Program-made: the position numbers and the translations under genes
The notes under the pieces: generated by a model
The model's input: only the letters and a program-made list of their open reading frames with translations
The model's database searches: none
Told to the model about the DNA's origin: nothing
Shown: one piece after another, positions 40,664 through 51,433 of the stretch
Layout of the letters: every line of letters begins with the position of its first letter
How positions within the stretch are numbered: the first letter of the stretch is position 1
Assembly: GCA_938045545.1 (NCBI GenBank)
Contig: CALIBN010000010.1
Coordinates: 46,240-110,239, forward strand
DNA length: 64,000 nucleotides
Origin: an uncultured archaeon
Lineage (GTDB): Archaea > Thermoproteota > EX4484-205 > JAAOZP01
Reading direction: 5' to 3'

Positions 40664-42245
40664 GACCTGGGTTTTTCGTACCCGACTATATCCCCTAGAG
40701 TATACTCGATTCCGTTCTCACAACCCGTCTTAATCATCTCATCCATGTCCTTAAGGTATATCGCTATCGGGATTCCGTACTTAGCCTTACTGAAGTCATA
40801 GCCCTTCCATTTGTCCTCCGTGAAGTAACCTCTCAGCTGCCTTGTGCCTTCTTTTATACGCTCATCCGGATAATCATCAGATATCATCGTTGTTTTGGTC
40901 TCGAATATCACCACAACCTCATCCCCGCAATACACAGGGAAATCCGGCCCTATTTTGTGCGGTCCTGAAACCTTAAGCTTATCCTCTGGGATTCCTGTGA
41001 TTTCAGACGCCTCCTTCGTAAGAACCTTTTCCTTTAAATAGGAGTACAACGTATTCCTCACCGATGTCTCCCTCGAGTTTTTAGTTTTATCTTCAAGTCC
41101 TTTGCTGAGAGCATCCTTCAACTTCTCAACTCTCCTCGTTAAAACACGCTTAGGATTCTCCAAGTATATCAGACGATCGGATACTTGCTTGCCTTTCAAG
41201 TATTCCATTCGGATCGTAGCTCATATCCAAAATTTGTCTAAAAGTCTCAATCATTATCTTGGACAAATATCGCCCCTCCCAATTGTAAACTAGTTTGAGC
41301 TCATGCTCCTTTGCCTGCCAGACTTTTATCGTGAAGATTACCGCAGGTCCCTTGTTCCATCTGTCGTAGTGCATATCTTTCTTTAGAGAGATTTCTATCC
41401 TTCCATATTTCACGACAAGCCAGTATTTTCCGTGCGAGAATTCTATGTTGAATGGCATTCTTCCTTCCTTGATCGCCATCCTGATAAACTCGTACGTGGT
41501 GATTCTAGTTATTACTACTTTAGCCACTTCACCATCTTCACAGATATTCCCGGGAAGGTCAGAATCGAACTTCGGTCCATATTCTTTGAAGAACGTTCTC
41601 CCCTTTACCTCAATCTATATCTAGCAGGTTCTTTTCCCAGATACAGTTTAATCTGCTCACTATGTATACGGATCCTTAGATTCTCCTTATGTTTTTTCAA
41701 GATGCATTCCACCCTTAAGCCTTCGAGTTGCTCCTCTCTTTAAATTTCCTCAGCGATTTCTTCACTAACCTCTTCGACTGACTCCTCAGTTCTCTCTTCA
41801 ACTTCCTTCTCAAATAACTCTTCAACCTCCTCAACTACTTCTTCAATCTCCTTCTCAACAAGCCCCTCTTCGACGAGCTCCTCGACTTCTTTAACCTCTT
41901 CTTCCTCCTCAATTTCTTCACCCTCTTCTTTAACTCCTCAACTTCTTCCTACTCTAACGCCCTTTCCTCTTCAACCTCCTCGGTAACCTCTTCATCAACT
42001 TCCTCAACAAACTCTTCCTCTTTTCCCTCAACCTCCTCAACGATTTCCTCAACAGCCTCTCCTTCCTCTAACATCCTTTCCTCCTTAGCTTCCTCAACAA
42101 GTTCTTCAACCTCCTCAACTTTCTCTTCAACCTCTTCGAAGCTCTCAAGGATCTCTTCAAGGGATTCCTCCTCTCCCATTAACTCCTCAAATTTCTCCTC
42201 CAGAATATCGGATTCCTCTATAGGTTCTTCGTATTCCTCGGGCTC
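40594..42245 (-). pseudogene. 3' part of a large protein: Glu-rich linker, middle domain and C-terminal PD-(D/E)XK nuclease-like domain; several stops and frameshifts
   Basis: GPDF...IFETKTT...RQLRGY in 40594..41208; co-oriented contiguous fragments 41150..41527 and 41949..42245. Confidence 0.65.
41745..42240 (-). repeat. Glu/Val-rich low-complexity coding repeat (EEVEE)
   Basis: Repeated TCTTC/CCTCAAC units on the + strand. Confidence 0.85.
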
Positions 42246-42995
42246 TCCTGAAGGCCATTTTCTCCAGCCACTCTGCATGGAGCGCCATCTCCGAAGGGTC
42301 TCCTCCCTTCAGCAACGGTATCGTCGGTATCCCCTCCTCCACATACCTTATCGTCAGGAGTGTGGCCTTGATCAAGTTGGATAGGTTCAAGGCCTTGGGG
42401 TAATCGACGTAAATGGGCATGTCCCACCCGATCACCCCGTCGAAGCCTCCTTTCTTCGCGAAGCCCACAGTGAAGTCGAACGTCTCCTCCGTCAGGAGCT
42501 TATCCGGCATTATGGTTGAAAGCAGAATTTGACCGTCGAATTCGAGGAAACTATGTATGCCTTCCTCCTCAACCTTTTTCACGTTCTCGCTGTCGAGCTT
42601 GGAGATCGACACTATGACCCATCCATCCCTAGGTCCCTCCTCGGCTTCACAGGGTCCTCAAGCGGCATCTCGGGGATTAAACGGGGAAGCGCAATATCAG
42701 GTGGGCTTCGTCTCAAAGACTCCAGCATCAGGCTCAGCTTATAGTATACATCTGCCTCGGGAGGAGTGAACCTGCCGGACTTTACGCAGGCCGGGGCGAG
42801 CGGGCAAGTGCTACATTTAAGAGTTATCCCCATGATCCTCATCTTTCCAGCAATGCATTGGTAGACCAAGCACATTTTCCTCTTGGAAAGATGACACCCG
42901 GCACATAACCCGAGTTTAAGGTAATCGCATTTGCGGCATGACTTTCCACACCTAGGGGGGCCATACGCGATATACATTCTCAGTAAACTCGTCAT
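42246..42995 (-). pseudogene. 5' part (copy B) of the Cys-rich/TGT-like/phosphoesterase fusion gene
   Basis: CGKSCRKC...CAGC...C....C...CSTC....C, probable frameshift near 42640, then LLSTIMPD..GWDMPIYVDYPKALN..GIPTIP..MALHAEWLEKM as in copy A. Confidence 0.7.
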
Positions 42996-43540
42996 CTTTT
43001 CTTTAAAAGTTTTTAAAAAAAGCGCGAGAACGCGCGATTAAAACAATGACCCTTCAGGATAGTTTCTACATTTATTTTCCTTAATATTTTCAGTGCAAAT
43101 TAATGTCTTATTCTTCTCTCCAGTCTTCTCATTAGTATGGAAATTTTGGAAACAAAGGCATCAAGGCCTTTTAATCGCCTTGAGCCTTTTAACGCGCACG
43201 CCACCTATGATGCTTAGCGTAACACGTTACCGTTCCCCCCAGTGCCGGAGGAGGCTTGATGAAAATCCTATGGGTGTCGAACATGCTACTTCTAGGTCCA
43301 CTTTAGAGACGCTGGTCTTCATCCGGTACTCCTTGCGCTGCTAGCGTACGCTAAGAGATATGATTTTGCAGGAGCAGAAGGCGATTCTATGAAAAAACCC
43401 TTTCACCTCCCTTGCCCCTTCCTGTAAGTGCTTGTCAGACTGGTTTACTGCTACAATAATAGGCTTAGAAGGAAAGGAGAACATTGAGCTTAATCTGCCC
43501 AATATTGCTAGCTTTATATAAGATTACTATGGGTGCCATA

Positions 43541-45124
43541 ATGAAAATGGTGATGTGGAGAGAGCCTCCTCTTATGCTTGGGCTGGATCTTGGAACATCC
43601 AGCGTCAAGGCAACGCTGGTCGACAGCAGGGGCTCGGTATTGTTGAGCACGAGCAGACCGTATTCGATTGAGTCGCCTGTTCCAGGATGGTGCGAGCAGG
43701 ATCCTGCTGTATGGTGGAGGAGCGTTAAGGAGGTTGTTCACGAGCTTCTCAGTAAAACCGGGTTCAGCGGGGACTCTGTTTCAAGCTTATGCGTTTCCGG
43801 TCAGATGCATGGAATGATTCTTCTAAACAGTTACGGACAGGTTTTGAGGCCCGCCATAATATGGTCTGACAACAGGAGTAGGAGTCAATGCGTGCAGATT
43901 GAGAATGAGCTTGGAGTAGAAGCGTTGATAGAGATAACTGGGAACAGGGCGGCCACCGGCTTCGCTGCCGTAAGCTTCCTATGGGTCAGGCAGAACGAGC
44001 CGAGGATCGCGGAGGCTGTGAAAACACTGCTTTTCCCAAAGGATTATATTAGGATGATGCTTACGGGTGTTGTCTGCACGGATTTCAGCGACGCTTCAGG
44101 ATCACTGCTTCTCGACATACGTAGAAGACAATGGTCTCAGGAGATCGCGTCCATCTTAGGCATAGGGCTAGACGCTCTCCCCGAGATCAGGTGCTCGCAC
44201 GAGGTTGCTGGAGAACTTACCAGAGGGGCTGCCGAGGCATTGGGCTTAAGACCTGGGACAGTTGTTGCGACAGGCGGCGGTGACTCGATGGTGGGGGCTC
44301 TCGGCTGCGGCGTAACGCGTGAAGGAGTCTGGTCGGTAAACATAGGTACTGGAGGCCAGGTTCTAAGCCCGACGGCTAGGCCAGTGGTGGACATGATGGG
44401 TCGGACGAATACTTTCTGCCACGCTGCTCCAGACATGTGGGTTGTTCAAGGCTCAACGCTTTCAGCAGGCTTATCTCTAAGGTGGTTTAGAGATGCTCTT
44501 GGGGGAGAGGAGAAGCGTCTTTCAGAAGCCTGTGGAATAGATGTTTACGATGTTTTAACCCTGGAGGCCGCTAAGGCACCCCCCTGTTCGAAAGGCCTTG
44601 TCTTCCTACCATACCTGATAGGGGAGAGGACTCCTCACAACGATCCTGCAGCGAGAGGCGTTTTCTTCGGCCTTAGCCTTGCACACGATAAGACGCACAT
44701 GGTTAGGGCTGTCCTGGAAGGCGTGGCTTTCGCACTTAGGGACTGCAAAGAGGTTTTAACAGGGCTCGGGTTGAAACCTGAGAAACTGGTTTTCAGAGGA
44801 GGAGGCTCAGGCAGCAGGCTCTGGAGAGAAATACTGGCTAACATTCTCTCGGAAACCGTTGTGAGCGCTGCACAGCTGAACGATGTTTCCTTCGGCTCCT
44901 GCCTGCTAGCTGGGACTGCCTATGGCTTGTGGAGGGACTTGAACAAGGCATGCGCTGAAACAGTTAAGTATGGCGATTCGTCGAACCCGGATCCCTCGGC
45001 TTCAAAAATCTACGATAAACAGTACCGGCTATACGTTTCCCTATACCATCATCTCAAGCCTCTTTTCCAGCTTCTCGCAGAGCAAGAACAGGCAGCTAAA
45101 GGTCATTCTCCGAGAAGGCTTTAG
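43541..45124 (+). CDS. xylB: xylulokinase (FGGY family)
   Basis: GLDLGTSSVK, SGQMHG, WSDNRS, TDFSDASG, PYLIGERTPH; start codon uncertain. Confidence 0.88.
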   Translation: MKMVMWREPPLMLGLDLGTSSVKATLVDSRGSVLLSTSRPYSIESPVPGWCEQDPAVWWRSVKEVVHELLSKTGFSGDSVSSLCVSGQMHGMILLNSYGQVLRPAIIWSDNRSRSQCVQIENELGVEALIEITGNRAATGFAAVSFLWVRQNEPRIAEAVKTLLFPKDYIRMMLTGVVCTDFSDASGSLLLDIRRRQWSQEIASILGIGLDALPEIRCSHEVAGELTRGAAEALGLRPGTVVATGGGDSMVGALGCGVTREGVWSVNIGTGGQVLSPTARPVVDMMGRTNTFCHAAPDMWVVQGSTLSAGLSLRWFRDALGGEEKRLSEACGIDVYDVLTLEAAKAPPCSKGLVFLPYLIGERTPHNDPAARGVFFGLSLAHDKTHMVRAVLEGVAFALRDCKEVLTGLGLKPEKLVFRGGGSGSRLWREILANILSETVVSAAQLNDVSFGSCLLAGTAYGLWRDLNKACAETVKYGDSSNPDPSASKIYDKQYRLYVSLYHHLKPLFQLLAEQEQAAKGHSPRRL

Positions 45125-46130
45125 TTATGCTATTTTCATACGGCGGCTGTAATATGCCCTTCTCAGTAACTATTCCCGAGATAAGCTCAGGCGGAGTAAT
45201 ATCGAACGCAGGGTTAATAGCCTCAACCCCCTCCACAGTGACAAGCCTGCCAAGAAAACGCGTGACCTCGGAAGGATCTCTCTCCTCAATAGGAATATCC
45301 TGTGGCTTAGTCGCAAGGTCGAAAGTTGACAAGGGTGCTGCAACGTAGAACGGCACGCCGTAGTGCTTCGCCAGAACCGCCAGCGTCAGGGTTCCAATCT
45401 TGTTCGCAACATGCCCGGTTGCAAGAACCCTGTCTGCGCCCACGAGAACCTTGTCAACCATGCTTCTCGACATAACGTATCCAGCCATGGAGTCGCAAAT
45501 CAGCTTAAACGGGACACCGTATTTCCTGAGCTCCCAAGCCGTGAGCCTCGCACCCTGGAGCAACGGCCTAGTTTCAGTGGCCAGCACTGAGATCCTCCTC
45601 CCCTCCTCCCAAGCGAGCCTTATTATCCCGAGAGCAGTACCATACTCCACAGTACCTAGGCCACCCGTGTTGCAATGCGTAAGAATCCTGTCGCCATCCC
45701 TGACCAGTTCCAAACCTTTCCTAGCGATCCTGAGGTTTGTCTCAACATCCTCGTCAGCAATCCTACCGGCCTCCTCGAGAAGCCTCTTCCTTAAATCACT
45801 CACCGTCCTAGCCTTCCCCACCACTCGAAGACACCTGTCTATCGCCCATCCCAAGTTCCTCCCAGTAGGCCTAGCGAGCCTAAGCTCCTCCGCGGCTTTC
45901 AAAATCCTGTTTTTCAACTTCTCGGCATCACTCCCCCTGTACCTTAGAGCCTCAAGAGCAAGGCCGTAGGCTGCGGCAACCCCGATTAACGGAGCCCCTC
46001 TGATCTGCATTTTTCTTATCGCAGAAATCACTTGACGGACACTCGTAAGCCTAAGCCACTTCTCCGAATAGGGAAGCCTGGAGGAATCAAGCGCGTAAAC
46101 CACCCTATTCCTGAAGAATATGCTCCTCAT
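45096..46130 (-). CDS. mtnA: methylthioribose-1-phosphate isomerase
   Basis: IRGAPLIG, RPT..NL, THCNTG, ETRPLLQGARLT, NKIGT, NPAFDITP. Confidence 0.92.
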   Translation of the reverse strand: MRSIFFRNRVVYALDSSRLPYSEKWLRLTSVRQVISAIRKMQIRGAPLIGVAAAYGLALEALRYRGSDAEKLKNRILKAAEELRLARPTGRNLGWAIDRCLRVVGKARTVSDLRKRLLEEAGRIADEDVETNLRIARKGLELVRDGDRILTHCNTGGLGTVEYGTALGIIRLAWEEGRRISVLATETRPLLQGARLTAWELRKYGVPFKLICDSMAGYVMSRSMVDKVLVGADRVLATGHVANKIGTLTLAVLAKHYGVPFYVAAPLSTFDLATKPQDIPIEERDPSEVTRFLGRLVTVEGVEAINPAFDITPPELISGIVTEKGILQPPYENSITKAFSENDL

Positions 46131-46221
46131 TACATCTAAGATAAGCCCAGAGAATTAAAAAAACTTGCGGAAAAACAGTGTCGAAAATCCTTATATCCTC
46201 AAGCTAAAAGAACAACATTAG

Positions 46222-46323
46222 GCGGAGGTCGCCAAAGCCAAGCAGCGGCAAAGCCTGGTCAAAGGCGCGAGGCTTAGGACCTCGTCCCGTAGGGGTTCGT
46301 GGGTTCAAATCCCACCCTCCGCA
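46222..46323 (+). tRNA. tRNA-Leu(TAG) with 17-nt D-loop intron (about 46236-46252)
   Basis: Acceptor GCGGAGG/CCTCCGC, anticodon arm CGAGG-CTTAGGA-CCTCG, long variable arm; removing 17 nt gives the normal GCCAAGCCTGGTCAAAGGC. Confidence 0.9.
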
Positions 46324-46754
46324 CTTCTCAAATAAGCCATACCACGATTTCGTCGTCCCAAAGATCAATATCACCTACCTTTAACTCGTCGACGCTCCTC
46401 CCCAGCTCATAGCCCAAGATGTGTTTGGCCAAACCCTTATCGATCAACTCCTCGCTAAGGTTGTTCAGCAAGTTCATAAGCCTTCGTGAACGAGTACCAC
46501 CATTATTTTGATGGCGCATTCTGACCCTGTTTCGCATATTAAGTCTGTCTGAGGAATGAACGCATATCTAGGCCTACGCCCAACCTTCACCCTGCCTGAA
46601 AGCATGTGAGCGCGCACATTCCACCTCTTAGCCGGAGGTTGCGCACGTATGTTTGAGAGAAAAACCTGGCCGACTATGATCTTGGTTTCAAGCACAATTC
46701 TTTTAGCCAATGAATTAAAAAAACTTTTTAAACGAGGATTAAAACAGAGTATCG

Positions 46755-47699
46755 TTGTCGTCAAGATATGAAGTCAGATTAATACCTGTCGAAGAAAAAG
46801 AAAGATTAATGGATAAATATGGTGAGCGCCTTCTCTACGAGGAGAGAGCAGACATATACGGGTGTTGCGTCAAACTGCTAACCGATGTAAAGTACGTGAA
46901 GGAGCGTTGGGAGGAAAGCTTCTATCCAATGTCGGCACATGTTCGCTCCCATGGAAGATTGATTGTGACAAACGAGACGGATGAGGAGCAAAGCGTGTTC
47001 TATGACCCGCTTTCGAAAACAGCCTTCCTAATCAACGTAGATTATTATGGCTGGGTGAAATCCATTGCCTTGAGTGTTGCAAGCGATATTCTTGAAGATA
47101 GTCATAGAATAAATTCGGTCCACGGCGCGTGCGTGGACGTAGATGGTAAAGGTGCTTGTCTAATCGCTCCCTCTGGAACAGGAAAAACCACTCATACGTA
47201 TGGTCTTCTTAGGCTTAAAGGAATACGTGTCGTATCAGATGACTGGTTTTTCGTCCGCTTAATGGGAGAGCAAGCCATCGCGTTTGCTTCGGAGAAAAAT
47301 TTCTACATACAGGCAGATATCGCAGATAACTGGGGCGAGTATCAAAAACTTGTCGAGAAAGCTGAATTCGATTCGAAAGGCAGAGCCGTAGTAAACGTAA
47401 GATGGGTTGTTGGCAAGGGCAAAATTTTGCAGATGACTACGTTGAAAAAGGCTATACTACTTAAGCGCGATCCGGGGGACAAGACGGTTTTCGACAGGCT
47501 CTCCCCAGAAGAAGCATCCAGCTACATAGAGTCTGTCGACTTCTGTAATCCGCATATGCTTGTAAAGGACGGAAGAAAGATAGATTTAAGAAGGAGATTC
47601 TTTAAAGAATTGTTTAACCACCTAGAGGCCTATATCGTAAATACTGCTGCACCAATTCTCCAAAGCCATAATGCTGTTAAAGAAATTTTAGGGTTATAG
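46755..47699 (+). CDS. HPr kinase/PEP carboxykinase-like P-loop protein
   Basis: VHGAC, APSGTGKTT, VVSDDW. Confidence 0.65.
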   Translation: MSSRYEVRLIPVEEKERLMDKYGERLLYEERADIYGCCVKLLTDVKYVKERWEESFYPMSAHVRSHGRLIVTNETDEEQSVFYDPLSKTAFLINVDYYGWVKSIALSVASDILEDSHRINSVHGACVDVDGKGACLIAPSGTGKTTHTYGLLRLKGIRVVSDDWFFVRLMGEQAIAFASEKNFYIQADIADNWGEYQKLVEKAEFDSKGRAVVNVRWVVGKGKILQMTTLKKAILLKRDPGDKTVFDRLSPEEASSYIESVDFCNPHMLVKDGRKIDLRRRFFKELFNHLEAYIVNTAAPILQSHNAVKEILGL

Positions 47700-47805
47700 G
47701 CTATTCGCGTGCTAACTGATAGTTAATTCAGAGGATGCAGCCGAAAACATTTATATTGCTTAACGGGCTCCTGTAGCGTAAAGGTTGATGGGAAGGAGGG
47801 TCTAA

Positions 47806-49470
47806 TTGGAAGGAGCTTTTAAACAGAAAATTGCTTACTTCTCAATGGAGATTGCATTGTCTAACGATATTCACACTTACAGCGGAGGCCTAGGGGTTCT
47901 CGCGGGCGATGTAGTAAGGTCAAGCGCAGATCTTAACCTTCCCCTGTTAGCGGTCACGCTCGTAAGCAAAAAAGGATACTTTAGGCAAGAACTAACCCGT
48001 GAAGGAAGACAAATAGAGCATACTGATTCTTGGGACCCTTCACAGTTCATGCAACAATTACCTGAAGAAGTTACGGTTAAAATCCAAGGCAGAGATATTT
48101 ACATAAAAGCTTGGCGGTACACGATAAAAAGTGTGTCAGGCTGGGAGGTTCCAGTATATTTTCTGGATACTGATATTGAGGGGAATCTTCCTGAGGATAG
48201 GGAAATAACTTCACTTTTATATGGTGGTGATGAAAGATATCGTATAAAGCAAGAGATTGTTCTAGGAATAGGAGGCGTCAGAATGTTAGAAAAGCTTAAC
48301 GTGCTCGTCCATAAATATCATATGAATGAGGGTCATTCCAGCTTCCTAGCTCTTGAATTGCTGCGTAAATTTGAGATGGATATAAATAAAGTTAGAAACT
48401 TATGCGTGTTCACTACGCACACGCCGGTTGAAGCTGGGCACGATAAATTCTCATACGAGCTTGTTCAAGAAACTTTAGGAGAATTCATTCCGCTAAATAT
48501 CTTAAAAAGCTTAGGTGGACAGGATAGATTGAACATGACGCTTCTTGCACTGAATCTGAGCAACTATGTTAACGGCGTAGCGAAAATGCATGGAATTATT
48601 TCTAGAGAAATGTTCCCAAGCCATAAGATTCACGCGATAACAAATGGTGTCCACTCTTACACTTGGACGTGTGAAAGTTTTAGACGACTATACGATAAGT
48701 ATCTTCCGGGATGGGCGCATGAGCCTGAACTACTTATAAGAATAGATATAGTCCCGAACGATGAAATCTGGCAGGCTCATATGGCAGTGAAGAAAATCCT
48801 AATCGACTATGTCAATACGACGACAAATATTGGCATGGACTATGAAGCTTTAACAATAGGGTTTGCTCGAAGAGCCACAGAATATAAAAGGCATATGCTT
48901 ATATTTTCAGATCCTGAGAGGCTGCGTAGAGTAAACAGCAGAGGAAGAATTCAACTCATCTTTGCTGGAAAAGCCCATCCGAAAGACTATCGGGGGAAGA
49001 TGCAAATCGAAGAACTGTTTAGGTATAAAGAAATGTTTAAGGATGAGATAAAAATAGCCTACTTAGAAAACTATGATATAAACGTTGCGGCCAAACTTGT
49101 TTCAGGGGTTGACGTTTGGCTGAACACGCCTCTCCCTCCGATGGAAGCTTCGGGCACAAGCGGGATGAAGGCCGCTCACAATGGTGTGATAAATTTCAGC
49201 GTCTTAGATGGCTGGTGGGTTGAAGGCTGGATAGAAGGCATTACAGGATGGGCAATAGGTCCCTCTCCAGAAGAAAAAGCATCAATAGAAGAGCGAAAAG
49301 CTAGAGAGCTCAATGATCTCTATGGAAAATTAGAGTATGTAATAATTCCGTCGTATTACAAGCGAAGAGATGAGTGGATACCAATGATGAAAAATTCGAT
49401 AGGAAAAATAGCATCTTATTTCAACAGTCATAGAATGATGCATAGATATGTAACTGAAGCGTATTTATAG
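47806..49470 (+). CDS. glgP: alpha-glucan phosphorylase
   Basis: YFSME, YSGGLGVLAGD, HMNEGH, FARRATEYKR, EASGTSGMKA. Confidence 0.95.
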   Translation: MEGAFKQKIAYFSMEIALSNDIHTYSGGLGVLAGDVVRSSADLNLPLLAVTLVSKKGYFRQELTREGRQIEHTDSWDPSQFMQQLPEEVTVKIQGRDIYIKAWRYTIKSVSGWEVPVYFLDTDIEGNLPEDREITSLLYGGDERYRIKQEIVLGIGGVRMLEKLNVLVHKYHMNEGHSSFLALELLRKFEMDINKVRNLCVFTTHTPVEAGHDKFSYELVQETLGEFIPLNILKSLGGQDRLNMTLLALNLSNYVNGVAKMHGIISREMFPSHKIHAITNGVHSYTWTCESFRRLYDKYLPGWAHEPELLIRIDIVPNDEIWQAHMAVKKILIDYVNTTTNIGMDYEALTIGFARRATEYKRHMLIFSDPERLRRVNSRGRIQLIFAGKAHPKDYRGKMQIEELFRYKEMFKDEIKIAYLENYDINVAAKLVSGVDVWLNTPLPPMEASGTSGMKAAHNGVINFSVLDGWWVEGWIEGITGWAIGPSPEEKASIEERKARELNDLYGKLEYVIIPSYYKRRDEWIPMMKNSIGKIASYFNSHRMMHRYVTEAYL

Positions 49471-49671
49471 AGATTCACATTAGATCATTATTCTCTAAGC
49501 TTAAATATTGCGGGAGGGCCTCAACACGTTGTGTTGTTAATTTTGAAAGTAATCTGATTTATAGTCAAAGCATGGGAATACCAGAATTGCGACCTCTTTG
49601 CACCTTTAATTGGGCAGTGGGTGTAACGCTTTAATAGAAGTGACATATGTGCGTACTTCGTTGAGCCTCAG

Positions 49672-50793
49672 CTAAGGTTGTATCAGGCTTTTAAGAATAT
49701 AATAGTATGCCGGCTTAGGATTATAGGACTCGTCGAAGATCAGGGCTGAACCGTATCCGTTGAAAAACTCTGGAATCCAAGAATAGCGATCTGTGAAACC
49801 CCACATTACGAATGCGGTGCATTTTTCTGAAGAAAGACAAACCATAAGCATGTCACGGTATATTTCTGCTTGTCTGATTAAGTCTACAGATTTAGCGGGC
49901 AGCTTTAACCGAACATCCATTTCTGTAATATGAATCTCTAGGCCCAGATCACTGAGTCGTTTAATGTTGGCTGAAACTTCTTGCGGTGTTGGATAATACT
50001 CTGTGCTAACGTGCATCTGCAGGCCGACTCCGTGTATCGGCACACCTTTTTCCAAGAGACTTTTAACTAAGTTGTAAACAGCATCCGACTTCACGCCCAA
50101 GCCTTCGGCACCATAATCATTGTAAAAGAGAAGCGCCTGAGGATCCGCTTCATGCGCCCACCGGAATACCATCTCAATGTACTCTGGTCCTATGTTTCTC
50201 AGCCAAATAGTTTTCCTCAAAGATCCGTCGTCGTCAACTGCCTCGTTAACCACGTCCCACGCATAAAACCTTCCCTTATAATGGCCAACCACCATGTTAA
50301 TATGATCGTGGAGAATGCTCATCCATTCCTCGCGGCTATAGTTTCCATGCGTAATCCATTCAGGCAGCTGATAATGCCAGACAAGTGTGTGTCCGCGCAC
50401 CTTCATCCCGTTGGCCTCTGCAAAACTGACGATCGCATCAGCCTCGGCGAAGGAATAGACGTAGCGCTCAGGGTGGACTCTTTCAAATTTTAAGGCGTTT
50501 TCAGTTGTCAAAATGTTGAATTCCCTGCTAAGCGTCTCCGTGTATTCCTTTATTCTAAGCTGGTCAGCGCCCACTGCAGCACCAATATAGATACCTCGTT
50601 TCTCAGTTAGCACTTTCAAAGGCGGAACCGCCTGCCGCAACTGCTCTATTTGAGCACTAAGCCTTGAAACCCGCTGCCGCAACTCCTCTACTTCTCTTTG
50701 CTTCATTACGATTCCCAACGCATATCCAACTATGATTCCAGCCAGTAAACCGGCTATTAGGCATTCTTTCGAAAAAGCCAGGCCGCTTCTCAT
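49672..50793 (-). CDS. membrane-anchored GH10 endo-1,4-beta-xylanase
   Basis: N-terminal TM and coiled coil; ENALK, RGHTLVWH, WDVVNE, GLQMH, ITEMD, WGFTDRYSW. Confidence 0.92.
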   Translation of the reverse strand: MRSGLAFSKECLIAGLLAGIIVGYALGIVMKQREVEELRQRVSRLSAQIEQLRQAVPPLKVLTEKRGIYIGAAVGADQLRIKEYTETLSREFNILTTENALKFERVHPERYVYSFAEADAIVSFAEANGMKVRGHTLVWHYQLPEWITHGNYSREEWMSILHDHINMVVGHYKGRFYAWDVVNEAVDDDGSLRKTIWLRNIGPEYIEMVFRWAHEADPQALLFYNDYGAEGLGVKSDAVYNLVKSLLEKGVPIHGVGLQMHVSTEYYPTPQEVSANIKRLSDLGLEIHITEMDVRLKLPAKSVDLIRQAEIYRDMLMVCLSSEKCTAFVMWGFTDRYSWIPEFFNGYGSALIFDESYNPKPAYYYILKSLIQP

Positions 50794-50882
50794 GTTTAAA
50801 CAAATTTATCCAAGGTTAATAAAAATTCTTGTAAGCCATTTTTCGTATTAAGCTTATTAACCGTTGAACCGCTTAATAACCG

Positions 50883-51377
50883 GTGAACAAGATGGTTTTG
50901 AAAGAAGGCGATAGTGCTCCGGATTTCACTCTTCAATCTGACGAAGGTAAAAAGATATCTCTAAAGGATTACAGGGGGAGAAAAGTGGCGCTATATTTTT
51001 ATCCGAGGGACGGTACTCCAGGATGCACTCAGGAAGCGAGGAGATTCAGGGATTTGGCTGAAGAGTTCAGCAGGGAGAACGTTGCAATCATCGGAGTTAG
51101 CATGGATAGTGTCGAATCACATAAGAGGTTTAAAAAGGATAATGATTTGCCTTTCACACTCTTAAGCGATCCGGAAGCCAATGTCATTAAGAAATATGGG
51201 GCATGGGGGAAGAAGAATCTTTACGGCAGGCTTGTTACGGGTGTAGAGAGAACAACGTTCCTTATCGACGAAGAAGGGAAAATAAGGAGGATCTATAGGA
51301 ACATTAAGCCTGAGGAGCATGCTGAAAAATGCCTGCTGGATTTAAAAAGCCTGGGTTCAAACAGGCAGGCATTGTGA
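50883..51377 (+). CDS. bcp: peroxiredoxin Bcp
   Basis: YFYPRDGTPGCTQEA, LLSD, RTTFLID. Confidence 0.93.
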   Translation: MNKMVLKEGDSAPDFTLQSDEGKKISLKDYRGRKVALYFYPRDGTPGCTQEARRFRDLAEEFSRENVAIIGVSMDSVESHKRFKKDNDLPFTLLSDPEANVIKKYGAWGKKNLYGRLVTGVERTTFLIDEEGKIRRIYRNIKPEEHAEKCLLDLKSLGSNRQAL

Positions 51378-51433
51378 AAACAGCCTACGGTGGTTAGACA
51401 GAGTAAGCTCAACAGTCCTCCTACAGAGGGGGA

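Noticed and set aside
41745-42240. Repetitive CT-rich tract as a CRISPR array or satellite
   Set aside because: No constant repeat with unique spacers; it encodes a Glu-rich linker on the minus strand. No CRISPR array was seen in the window.
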